Shown here piece by piece: positions 1-11,896 of a DNA stretch of 64,000 nt; the first letter of the stretch is position 1, and each line of letters begins with the position of its first letter. The DNA lies in assembly GCF_009914755.1 (NCBI RefSeq), contig NC_060930.1. One strand, written 5' to 3'. Position numbers and translations under genes: made by a program. Below the pieces are notes generated by a model. That model saw only the letters and a list, made by a program, of their open reading frames with translations, was not told the origin of the DNA and ran no database searches. This DNA is from the human T2T-CHM13v2.0 reference genome, Homo sapiens.

Positions 1-812
1 TCACGTTTAGCTTGTTCCTATAAACATATTAGAAACCTTTGTTTTTTCCTTTTAACTGTCTTTCATGGTTCAGTTTGGAAAACATTTTGTGAACCCAGCA
101 TGCTCTCCAATGGCCAATGATCTGGTTAAATTAAACTGATGCTTATTAATTGCTGAGTGAATACAAATGGGATTTACTTGGCAATAAAGCACTCTGTTTT
201 AAGTTTCAAATATATGGCTCATTATTCATGGTGGTGCAGAGGAGAAAGTACAGGGAAGGTTTACAGAAACTAAGCTAGGGCCCCACAAGGTGAAATCTAT
301 CTTGGAGGTGTTTATCACATTCCAGAGCTGGTCCTCAATTTTGCAAGACCAGAAACCTTGATTTTTGTGAGTTCTTCTCTCTCGGGGATGTATTTACATT
401 AGCAAATATATACCAGAATGCTTATTTATAATGACAACTGTGACTGACTGTCAGGTAGACAGGAATACTCACATTGACAGAGCCATACATCCCTGCCCAG
501 TAGGCTGACAACACCGAGCGGCTTTATGCGAAGCCTGCTTGGCCTGCATGGGCTCAGAACAAGGAGGGTTAATATATGAGTTTGATGAAAATAGCACATC
601 TTTGCAATAAATGTACTTTTCAGATGGACTGACACCTGAGCTTCCCTATCTGGGTATGCTTGGGGCATGCTCTTTCCTGGGCAGAATGAATAGGCTACCA
701 CTGGTATTAGGGATTTCCTCTTTCACACTCTAGGAATCCCTGTATTCACACAGCACAATACAATTAACCAGGCTTCCACTTTCTCAGTTACAATTCTGCC
801 CTGATTTCCTAA

Positions 813-1545
813 TGTACTGGATCAGCCATGGAAGGAGGTCCTCTAGTTATCATTAGAGGGCCTGCTGCACCCTCCTGAGATGCTCCTTACACATAGTGAA
901 TCATTTTTATACCACACATTCCTGCTACATTGGCTACAGCTAATTAGAACAAGAATTAATGGGCCTGTAACCCCCAGAGATTTCTGTGCTGGCCAGCAGC
1001 CTGTGAGGTAGCTTGATACGCGACTCCTGTCCAAGATGATGCGGGGCACCAGTGACTTTGCCAACCTGTTTAGATCCTGTCACGTGGCACGTTTGAAGGA
1101 GACGCACAGAGAAGGAGTCTGGCAATTGGGTCAACGGCAGCAAAAAGGAGGCAGTAGAAGGAATGGTGAGGAGCAGAAGCCGTGAGGCAGCAAAGCCTTA
1201 AATAAGAAGAAACTACCAGATAAATGGGAGAGTAAACTGAGTCTGTAGTGTTGCGAGTAAAAGAAGCAGGAATGGAGAATTGTAGATTCATCTCAGTAGC
1301 AATGCTTGGAGGATGGAGCCAAGGGTTTCCAATTCTGGAGAAAGAGATTCTGTTGGGTCACATCTCAGACAAAAGCCCCTGTTGAATCCCCAGCAGCTTT
1401 CTGGGCTCTCTAATCCCTGGTTATGAGGCTCCTGAGAATGTTTCCTGACTTCCTTCCCTGTGATTTCTTATGATAACTATTCACTATTGGAGATAACCTG
1501 AGTAGGTCTTTGCTTCTTACCATCTTCAAAGAGTCTGACTAATAA
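813..1545 (+). mobile_element. Probable old ERVL-type solo LTR (subfamily uncertain)
   Basis: Ends with 'ataacctgagtaggtctttgcttcttacc...aagagtctgactaata', which resembles the 3' end of ancient ERVL LTRs. The 5' boundary is a guess. Confidence 0.35.
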
Positions 1546-2993
1546 TTCTGAAATTAGCACCAGATCACATTTTATTGAAGTGTCACAGTCACCTATTTTG
1601 TAATCTCTTAGTGTTTGCTCTCACACTTAATCAATACCACAAGTGGATTTAGCTTGTCAAATGATTGGAGGCAAATTTATTTCCGTACTCTCAGGTAGGA
1701 TCTAACTGCTGCTGTGGTGTACTGACTCATGTAGAGACAGAAATCATGCAGATTCTATTTAACTCTTCATTTTGCCTACAAGCTGGGTTGCCAAATCTCA
1801 GAGTATTTCTGCCATCACCCTAATGAGTAGGACTGCAATCTTACTCTTTAAAATACAGTGGGAAAGCAGTTTTCTATTACTAGAAGCCATAACTTTAAGA
1901 AGTGACCTGCACTTGGAGTAATAAAACTTTGCTGTAATCATTAATCATTTGCAGCCAAATTAAGCAGAGACTGATTATGACTTCAGTCTTCCACCCAAGA
2001 GCTAGGAGGTTGTTTAAGTGCAGGGCCTCATTGGCTGATTATTCATGCATACAATTTTATGACAACAAAATAACACATGAGGATTATTCAACTCTTAACC
2101 ATGTGGTTGGTATGAGAAAGTACCTGCAACCTGTCCTTTTCACACAATGTAATGGTCAAATCCCAGAATGGAAAACAAAATTGGTAATGATGGAGAATAC
2201 AAGAGAACCATCAAATACTCTGTAATCGGATGGATAAATTAAAAAGAAGAGTCATAATTTTAGTTGGTCTAATATTTCATCATAAACAAAATAGAACCAA
2301 GATGGATTATGACCATCCTCTCTTTACAGTAGCTACCATTAGCACACACTCCTTTTCTGAGTCACACTTGCAATCAATCCACATATTGCCTACACCATGG
2401 CAACAGTTAGATGCCACCTGATAATATGGAAATAAATTTGCCTCCAATAGTTTGACAAGTAAAACCCACTTGTGGTATTGATGAACTCCCATCAATGTTG
2501 GGCCTACCAAAGTTTCAAATTGAAGCCATGACCTGAGATTCAAGGGCTGCAATGATGCTAGTCAATGGAAATGCTTAAAATTTCAGCAGAAAGGGAGCAA
2601 TTGTCCCAAGGGAGAAGGACAGAAAGATTTGAAGGTTTTAGGTAGAATTTGGGCAGAAGAGTATTTGACTATAATAGCTTGGAGCTGTAGAATATCTTTC
2701 TCAGAACTGCCTTTCTGGCCACAAATCTGGAATGTTCTTCCTGTTGCTCTGGATTACTTGGCATATGGAGGAAGTGTGGTTTCTCTACTGGTGGCAATCT
2801 TGAGGATTCCCAGGCTACAGGGCTCTGTCCAGGTAAGGGCTCCTTCTTCTCCCTTGCATCAGAGGAGGTAGCTCGGATGTGTGTCATCGCATGCAAGGCA
2901 TGGTGTTGTGGCTGCACTGAAGAAAAAGGAAGAGGCGACCATCATTCCTGCCCAGTCATTCACCCTAATTCACTAAAGTTTAGAGAACACAGG

Positions 2994-3344
2994 CTTATTA
3001 GTCTGTTTTCATGCTGCTGATAAAGACATACCCAAGACTGGGAAGAAATAGAGGTTTAATTGGACTTACAGTTCCACATGGCTGGGGAGGTCTCATAATC
3101 ATGGTGGAGAGTGAAAGGAACTTACATGATGGCAGCAAGACAGAATGAGGAAGAAGCAAACGCGGAAACCCCTGATAAACCCATCAGATCTAGTGACACT
3201 TATTCACTATCACAAGAATAGCATGGGAAAGGCTGGCCCCCATGATTTAATTACCTCCCCCTGGGTCCCTCCCACAACCTGTGGGAATTCTAGGAGATAC
3301 AATTCAAGTTGAGATTTCAGTGGGGACACAGCCAAACCATATCA
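2994..3344 (-). mobile_element. THE1 (THE1A-like) MaLR solo LTR
   Basis: Runs from 'ttattagtctgttttcatgctgctgataaagacatacc' to 'ggggacacagccaaaccatatca'. The 5-bp TSD is acagg (2989-2993) / acagc (3345-3349). Confidence 0.93.
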
Positions 3345-3511
3345 ACAGCGGATAGTTCCCTTGTGATATTTTATTAAACAAAACACAGTTCTGTGTAAGC
3401 AGATTAATATATTTATTAATTAATAAGTGATTCAATGAATTAATGATTCCATTAAGAAAGAAATATTTGGTGATTTAGAAATATAGGAAAATGAAATCAG
3501 TTTTTGAAAGC

Positions 3512-3540
3512 ATATATATATATGTGTGTGTGTGTGTGTG
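3512..3540. repeat. (TA)n(TG)n microsatellite
   Basis: Read directly from the sequence. Confidence 0.9.
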
Positions 3541-4075
3541 ATAAATTTGATGTTAACCTCCTAATGTAAGCAATATTCCCAAACAAAAATAGAATCTAGC
3601 TGGGATGATTTGACTTCCATGAGTGGGAGAATACAGCTGAAAACCTGATATAAGGAGAGCATTGAAAGACATCCAGAGCTTATCCTTTTTTTGCTTCCTT
3701 TGTTCTTCTTGCTGTCATATATAATAATAAAATGTCTAAGAAGGATTTTTTATTTATCATGTATTTCAGAACAGCCTCTTTCCTGTAGGGAATTCTGCTT
3801 CTGTTTAGGTGTCTGAATGACAGTTAACATTTACTGTTGCAAACAATTTTTTTTCTAGAATTTTAAATCAAGTTTCTAGGCTGCTTTCTCCTCATACTCC
3901 AAACCTCTCTGGCGAGGGGATCAGAGTTCTTGCCAGTGATTATTTCCCATCATTGCCATCATTGTAGAAACAAATGATAATGCCAGCAATTCAAGGACTC
4001 TGACAAACATCCCAACAAATCTCAGCAGAGGGGGTCTATGTTACTAAATCACACTGAAGCTCAAGTTTCCCTCTG

Positions 4076-4101
4076 GTGTGTGTGTGTGTGTGTGTGTGTG
4101 T
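4076..4101. repeat. (GT)n microsatellite
   Basis: Read directly from the sequence. Confidence 0.92.
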
Positions 4102-4926
4102 TTAAATTATGAGGTTTGTGAGCCACAAACTGTGACAACCAAAAATATGTGAATAGGATTTCATACTGAGAGGGAAGAAAATTCGTAACAAAGACAATCT
4201 CACACTTTAATAATTTATGTATGAACTGTGTAGTATTTTATTTTATGTAAAAATAAGCCAGTCCTATCAATGATAATACATCTTTTATGAATAGGTAAAC
4301 TAAGCAATTTTGAGATAAACAAAAAGAAAGAAAAGAAGTCAGGGGCAGGAGAGATGTGAGTTATAGAGTCAGCAGAATTGGGAAAGGGGTCTGGGTGAAC
4401 CCTCCCCTCATCCCTGCCAGAGGGAATTGCCTTTGCTTCACTTCCTTCTCCTCTGCAGCGCCCCACAGCATGGAGGTGCTGGATAAACTAGCCCAGTGCC
4501 CACAGTTACTGCCCAGTGCATATATCTTATATTTAGCAATGAGCAAAACTGTTTATTAAGAGCTCCCAGAGCACAGGCTGTTGGTACCCCCATTATATTC
4601 TTCAGAAAGGCAAAACAAAAAAAAACAAACCAACAGATGCCAGTTTTACGACTCATCAGCAGCTTAGATAGCAGGTGATGCCTCTCTATAGTAAATGAAT
4701 CAGTAGAAGAAAAGCCTGTCTGCGGGAGGATTTTAATCTCCTTAATTGTTTTATGTGTCTTCTGAATGGTGGTATTGGGAGCCATCTGAAGAAGTGAGGC
4801 ACCATCATGGCTCAGGTTTCAGCACCAAGTCATAATACTTGTTAAGTCCATTAAAGCTGGGACCCAGATGGTCCTATCTCAGAGCCCAAGAACCATGATA
4901 TTTATATAAGTTAACAGAACTTCTTC

Positions 4927-5207
4927 GTGGGAGGTAACTGAATCATGGGGGCAGGTCTCTTCTTTGCTGTTCTTGTGATAATAAATAAGTCTTACAAGAT
5001 CTGATGGTTTTATAAAGGGAAGTTCCCCTGCACACGCTCTCTTGCCTGCCACCATGTAAGACGTGACTTTGCTTTTCATTTGCCTTTTGCCATGATTGTG
5101 AGGCCTCTCCAGCCATGTAGAACTGTGAGTCCATTAAATCTCTTTCCTTTGTAAATTACCCAGTCTCACATATGTCTTTATTAGCAGTGTGAGAACAGAC
5201 TAATACA
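4927..5207 (+). mobile_element. THE1 LTR, 5' part missing
   Basis: Runs from 'gtgggaggtaactgaatcatgggggcagg' to 'gagaacagactaataca'. The normal start 'tgatatggtttgg' is absent. Confidence 0.9.
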
Positions 5208-6893
5208 GTGTATAAGTACCACATTTTCTTTATCCAGTCTACCATTGATGGGCATTTAGGTTGATTCCATGTCTTTGCTATTGAGACTAGTGCTACAATA
5301 AACATATGTGTGCATGTATCTGTATAATAGAATGATTTATATTCCTTTGGGTATATACCCAGTAATGGGATTGCTGGGTCAAATGGTAGTTCTGTTTTTA
5401 GTTATTTGATGAATTGCCACACTGCTTTTCACAATGGTTGAACTAATTTACACTCTCACTAACAGAGTATAAGTATTCCTTTTCCTCCACAACCTTGCCA
5501 ACAACTGTTATTTTTTGACTTTTTAATAATAGCCATTCTGACCAGTGTGAGATGGTATCTTATTGTGGTTTTGATTTGCATTTCTCTAAAGATCAGTGAT
5601 GTTGAGCTTTTTTTTGTATGCTTGTGGCTGCACATTTCTCTTGTTTTGAAAAGAGTCTGTGCATGTCTTTTGCCCACTTTTTAATGGGATTGTTTGTTTT
5701 GGCTTGTAAATTTGTTTAAATTCCTTATAGATTATGGATATTTGACCTTGTTGAATACATAGTTTGCAAAATTTTTCTCTCATTCTGTAGGTTATGTGTT
5801 TACTCTGTTGCTATAGTTTCTTTTGCTTTGCAGAAACTCTTAAGTTTAATTAGATCCCATTTGTCAATTTTTGCCTTTGTTGCAATTGCTTTTTGTGTCT
5901 TCATTATGAAATCTTTGCCCATTCCTATGTCCAGAATGCTTCCAGGCTTTTTATAGTTTTGGATTTTACATTCAAGTCTTTAGTTCATCTTGAGTTGGTT
6001 TTTGTATATGATGTAAGTAAGGGGTCAAATTTTAATTTTCTGCATATGGCTAGCCTGCTATCCCAGCCTTGTTTATTGAATAATGAGTCCTTTCCTTATT
6101 GCTTATTTTTTGCCAGTTTTGTCAAAGATCAAATGGCTGTAGGTGTGTGGTCTTATTTCTGGTCTCTCTATTTTGTTCCATTGGTCTATGTGTCTGTTTT
6201 TGTACCAGTACCATGCTGTTTCGGTTACTGTAGCTCTGCAGCATAGTTTGAAGTCTCATAGCATGATGCCTCCAGCTTTGTTCTTTTTGCTAAGGATTGC
6301 GTTGGTTATTCGGGCTTTTTGTTGGTTCCGTATGAATTTTAAAATAGTTTTTTCTAGTTCTGTGAAGAATGTCGATGGTAGTTTAATAGGAATAGTATTA
6401 CATCTGTAAATTGCTTTGGGAAGTGTGGCCATTTTAATATTGATTCTTCCTATCCATGAGCATGGAATGTTTTTTTCCATTTGTTTTTCTCCTCTGTGAT
6501 TTCTCTGAGCAGTGTTTTGTAGTTCTCCTTGTAGAGACCTTTCACCTTCCTAGTTAGCTGTATTCTTAGGTATTATATTTTATTTGTGCTGCAATTGTGA
6601 ATGAGAGTTCACTCCTAATTTGCTGTTGGCTTGACTGTTGTTGGTGTATAGGAATGTTCGTGATTTCTGCACATGGTTTTTGTATCCTGAGACTTTGCTG
6701 AAGTAGTTTGTTAGCTTGAGGAGCTTTTGGATTGAGACTATGGGGTTTTCTAGATACAGGATCATGTTGTCTGCAAACAGGAATAGTTTGACTTTCTCTC
6801 TCTCTCTCTTTTTTTTTTTTGGGATGTCTTTTATTTCTTTCTCTTGCTTGATTGCATTAGCCAGGACTTCTAATACTGTGTTGCATAGGAGTG
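5208..6893 (-). mobile_element. L1 fragment (older L1PA/L1PB), 3' part of ORF2, degraded
   Basis: Minus-strand ORFs give L1 ORF2p peptides: [52 protein letters not shown]...[13 protein letters not shown]. The frame is broken by stops and frameshifts, and the 3' UTR is absent. Confidence 0.95.
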
Positions 6894-7249
6894 CACCAGT
6901 TACATTCAAAAAAACCTGAACTCCTCTCTACAGCTTCTTCCCTGTTTAGCTTGCTACTATCCTCCTCCTTGTCTCCTGATGTTGCGTCAGGAAAGCCTAA
7001 ATTTAAACCCTGGGGAAAGACACCTTCATGGAGGAGGAGGGCCAAGGAGAAACTGAGTAAGGAAGGTATTTGGTTGTCACAGGTAAGAAAGCCCAAGAGT
7101 CATCATATATTATTCGCTTTGCAATTATGTTGTTTTACTAACACCAGCACTAATGAAATATAATCTTCTGGGGGAGCAAGAAAGGGAAAGAATAGGTAAT
7201 TTTAGAAACACGTACAATGTACTGCAAAGTAATGAACTCATATAATCAT

Positions 7250-7570
7250 ACATCCTCATGGATTCACAATTCAAAAGTACAAAAATGAATTCTACAAAAA
7301 ATCTCCTCCTCTCTCTGTCCCAAGCCACTCTTTTCCCCTGTCTGAAGGCAACCAATATTATCAGCTTCCAGTATCTCCCTGTATAGACATGTTATGCAGA
7401 TACATGTGAACATATACTCTCTCCTGTCTTTCCACCTAGTGGTAGCATTCTTCACATACTGTTCTGCACCTTGCTGTTTTCTCCCAATGATTAAACTTGG
7501 AGGTGATCTCCTATTTGTACCAGGAGAGATATTTCTTATTTTTGTGGGTAAATATGATTCAAATGTGCAT
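7250..7570 (-). mobile_element. Old L1M 3' region, part 1
   Basis: Contains 'ggtagcattcttcacatactgttctgcaccttgc', typical of antisense L1MD/L1ME 3' sequence. Confidence 0.6.
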
Positions 7571-8050
7571 ATTGGTATAAGAGAGGCAAAGTAAATGGTG
7601 CTGATGCTTTTCCCACCTGTGTTTTGCATTAACTGGGAGATTAGATAAGTGCAAAGAAGATGAAAATAAAAATCTTTGTTTTACTGTTAAAGCCTATACT
7701 GGAGAATGCAGCCCAAGTGCACAATGCAATGATTTCCTAACACTGAGCCCTCAAATTGGGCATATTTACCAACCCAGACATAGGCAGCTCAAACAGCCAC
7801 AGGCCTCCCAGCACTATGCCTTCCCTAAAGGGCTCATGACCTGGTGGAGCAGATCTAAATGCGCTGCAGGCAGATCCTAAGCGAAAGCTGGACAAGGGGG
7901 CTCAGCTGTACTGGACACAGTTTCTCACTAAACTCACAAATTAGGCAACTCAGGTTAGTAAACAGTGGGCAAGAATATAAGAATGTTTAGGAAAAACCCT
8001 TCCTGATGGAAGCAAAAGAGAGTGGCAATAACATCCCCCCATAACCTCAA

Positions 8051-8990
8051 CATTATAAATGTATCATAATTTGATTAGCTCGTCACTTATTGATAGACAT
8101 TTAAGGTGCTTCCAATCTTTTGCTATTGCAAAAATGTAACAAACATGAATATTCAAAAATGAATAACTGTATACATACAAAATTTCATGAATATGAAATG
8201 ATAAAATCCTGAATAACTTTGTACATATAAAGTTTCATGGATATGAAATGATAAAATCCTGGGGGTGAAATTGCTGGGCGAAAGAGTATGAGCATTTAAA
8301 ATCTTGCTAGATGTTGCCAAATTGCCCTATCTATCAATCTCCTAAGAAATTTGTGAAAAGGCCAATTTCTCCACACACTTTCCAACATGAGGTATTAATA
8401 AGGTATTAACAAGAGCTTTCATCATCGCCAGTCTAATATACAGAATCTGGTATCATTATGATCCCATAATTTGTTTTCTGTTATTATGAGTAAGGTTAAA
8501 TACTTATCTTAAATTTAAGATAAGTATTTTCATTTTTTAAAAAATGTGAACTGCCTTTTCATACCCACTGTCCATTTTTCTATTGAATTGCTGTGGGGTA
8601 TTTTTATATTAATTTCTAGATTTTTTTATATTTTAGAAACATTTTAATTATCATATAAATACCAAATCTTTTTTTCTGAGTGGTTGTATTCTTTTCATAT
8701 TGCTTATGTTGGTTTTGCCATGTTGAATTTATTTTTAAAGTAACCTCATTTATAATACTTTTCTAATATGTCTTCTGAATTTTGTGTCATTTCTAGAAAG
8801 GCCTTCTTTACTCGCAATTATTCAATATTTTTCCCATATTTCTTTAAGTACTTTTATGGTTTCATTTTTTGTTTATATTAAAATCTTTGAACTATTTGAT
8901 TCCAATAAGTAAGAATTTGACTGACTGTTTTCCCTCCTGAATGACTATCCCATATCATTTATTAACAAATACATAATAATTTTTTCATTA
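8051..8990 (-). mobile_element. Old L1M, part 2
   Basis: Contains 'ttattgatagacatttaaggtgcttccaatcttttgctattgc' and 'gaaattgctgggcgaaagagtatg', and continues part 1. Confidence 0.7.
8161..8260. repeat. 2 x 50 bp tandem duplication
   Basis: 8161-8210 and 8211-8260 match at 45 of 50 positions. Confidence 0.92.
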
Positions 8991-9147
8991 TTTTGAAATT
9001 CTAACAGTTATTGATCCCAGGTTAATGGAGTCAGGTAAGTGAATGCAGTTGAAACTTGCAGATAAAACCTTTCAAACTGGACATCATCTACCTGAAAATA
9101 TTGTCCATATAGATTTTTTCTTTACACTTTTAAACGTAAAGAAATTT

Positions 9148-9290
9148 ACCTGGATTCAAATTCTTACTCATCTTCTTATAGGTTATGCAACTCTCGGCAA
9201 GTAAATTTTTCTGAGAATATGGCTTTGGGTTTGTTGTGAGGGTTATATGAGACAATATGTAAAGTTTGGGAGAATATAGCAGTCATTTGT
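9148..9290 (+). mobile_element. MIR fragment
   Basis: Contains 'acctggattcaaattc...ggcaagtaaat...gttgtgagggttatatgagacaatatgtaaag'. Confidence 0.55.
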
Positions 9291-10427
9291 ATTAATTTAT
9301 TGTTTAATATTATAAAGATCTATTTTAGCTCATCCTGTTACCCTCCCCCTGCAATGACCTCTGATCATGGTAACAGTGCTATCAATTGTATTGCACTTAG
9401 CAAACCTTAAAGAAGGACCAAAATCTTTCAGAAATCTTTTCCATGGGCATACTGAAACAGAGATAGGTCTGCTCCAAATTTTGGGGGGGAATGCTTACAT
9501 GAGTTACATGGCTGAGCTTAGATATAGCTTAGTAGAAACTGTGTTTAATATTCTTATTTAAGACACAGACTCAGCAGCAGAGACTTAACTTTTGTAGAAG
9601 TAAATAGTTAGAAAGGTGTGTTTGGTTACCTATTAAATATACCAAGATAGTTTGAAGGTAGGAAGTAGTGAAGTGATACTGGAAAATACAAAACAGAACT
9701 TGTGAAAAATATTGGTGTGCCCCCCAACCCCCTACCTCTCATTTCTCAAATAAAACAAGAAAGAAACATTAGGCACCACAAATATATCTCCCATATTCTG
9801 AAATGCATCTAGAACAATAGGTTTGCCAATTTTTCTTAGTATCAGATTCTAGAGAGGAACGATGGTGAAAACTCCTTTGGTAATCACAACCTTGCTTCCT
9901 GTTTAGATTTGTTTTCTCTCCTTTGTGTAAATGCAAAATAGCTGATCATAATCTGTGGCTTCATATTCCAGAAAATAATTACTAAGTGTATCTCAGTCTT
10001 TCCTCATAAAAATAACAGGTTTTTTTTGATGTTCCCCTCAAATATTTGTTGGAGATTATTCTGCTAGGGAAGAACGAGGGAATTAGAACAAATTATCATA
10101 ATGAGACACAAGGTGAGTTAATCACAGCAAAACAAAAATGAATCATCATTAGTGTTTGGTGAGTGTACTTTGTAATGAATTCAATATTCAGAATTTTTAA
10201 TTACTCCTCGACAGTGACTCTTGACAAAATATAGCACTTGTGGATAATACCAGTAGATGTTGCATTAATTATGTGATATAATTTGGTGAACTAAAGATTC
10301 AAAAGCTTTGAGATATATATTAATGATGAAAGGCAAAATGAATATTTTGCTATTTTGATGCTTAATATGTTTTCTGTTCAAAGAAATTCAGTGTTAATGG
10401 AAAAGTGACTGACGTAGAATTACAAAA

Positions 10428-10605
10428 TCATAGAATTTCAATACTGGAATAGGCTTTATATATCATCCTGTTCTACCTGCCTAGCTTTACCCATTAGGGA
10501 GTCAAAACTCAGATTCAAAGAGGAATTTGCTCAGGTCGTCCAGTGTGTTAATGGTCATGATTAAAGTAGTATCTAGTCCTGAGTCTTAGTCTAGTGCTTA
10601 TTTCA
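10428..10605 (-). mobile_element. MIR fragment
   Basis: Contains 'aactcaga...gaatttgctcaggtcgtccagtgtgttaatgg...cctgagtcttagtctagtgc'. Confidence 0.5.
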
Positions 10606-10773
10606 TATCATATTGTGTACTTTTTAAAGCAAATGCTTATTTGAATGACAGTGGCGTAGTATATATTTTGCACTAATTTTTTGTCTTAACTCCTTTACTT
10701 ATGATAACAGGTTTCAATAGCATTTTCTGACACGCAGTGTGGATATGCAAAGACCATATCATGCAGGTTTTTT

Positions 10774-11896
10774 AATTTGTTTTTTTAATTTTTAATTATT
10801 TATTTATTTTTTATTATACTTTAAGTTCTGGGGTACATGTGCACAATGTGTGGGTTTGTCACATACGTATACATGTACCATGTTGGTTTGCTGCACCCAT
10901 TAACTCATCATTTACATTAAGTATTTCTCCTAATGCTATCCCTCCCACCTCCCTCACCCCACAACAGGCCCGGGTGTGTGATGTTCCCCATCCTGTGTCC
11001 AAGTGTTCTCATTGTTCATTTCCCACCTATGAGTGAGAACATGCAGTGTTTGGTTTTCTGTCCTTCAATAGTTTGCTCAGAATGATGGTTTCCAGCTTCA
11101 CCCATGCCCCTACAAAGGACATGAACTCATCCTTTTTTATGGCTGCATAGTATTCTATGGTGTATATGTGCCACATTTTCTTAATCCAGTCTATCATTGA
11201 TGGACATTTGGGTTGGTTCCAAGTCTTTGCTATTGTGAATAGTGCCACAATAAACATACGTGTGCATGTGCCTTTATCTTAGAATGATTTATAATCCTTT
11301 GGGTGTATACCCAGTAATGGGATCGGTGGGTCAAATGGTATTTCTAGTTCTAGATCCTTGAGGAATCACCACACTGACTTCCACAATGGTTGAACTAGTT
11401 TACAGCCCGACTAACAGTGTAAAATTTTTCCTATTTCTCTACATCCTCTCCAGCACCTGTTGTTTCCTGACTTAGGCAATACCATTCAGGACCTAGGCAT
11501 GGGCAAGGACTTCATGACTAAAACACCAAAAGCAATGGCAACAAAAGCCAAAATAGACAAACGGGATCTAATTAAACTAAAGAGCTACTGCACAGCAAAA
11601 GAAACTACCATCAGAGTGAACAGGCAACCTACAGAACGGGAAAAAATGTTTGAACTCTATCCATCTGACAAAGGGCTAATATCCAGAATCTATAAAGAAC
11701 TTAAACAAATTTACAAGAAAAAATCAAACAACCCCATCAAAAAGTAGGTGAAAGATATGAACAGACATTTCTCAAAAGAAGACATTTATGCAGCCAACAG
11801 ACACATGAAAAAAGGCTCATCATCACTGGCCATCAGAGAAATGCAAATCAAAACCACAATGAGATACCATCTCACACCAGTTAGAATGGCGATCAT
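10774..11896 (-). mobile_element. L1PA (roughly PA5-6), 5'-truncated with a 5' inversion
   Basis: T-rich tail, 3' UTR and ORF2 end lie on the minus strand (10774 to about 11473). An ORF2 segment lies on the plus strand (about 11474-11896; [30 protein letters not shown]). The TSD atcatgcaggtttttt is at 10758-10773 and 11892-11907. Confidence 0.97.

Noticed and set aside
2994-5207. Two nearby THE1 LTRs as the ends of one provirus
   Set aside because: They are in opposite orientations with different subfamily features, the first has its own TSD, and no THE1 internal sequence lies between them.
11460-11747. L1 ORF2p-like ORFs here and at 5459-6909 as functional CDS
   Set aside because: These are short fragments of truncated L1 copies with stops and frameshifts, so they cannot encode a functional ORF2p.
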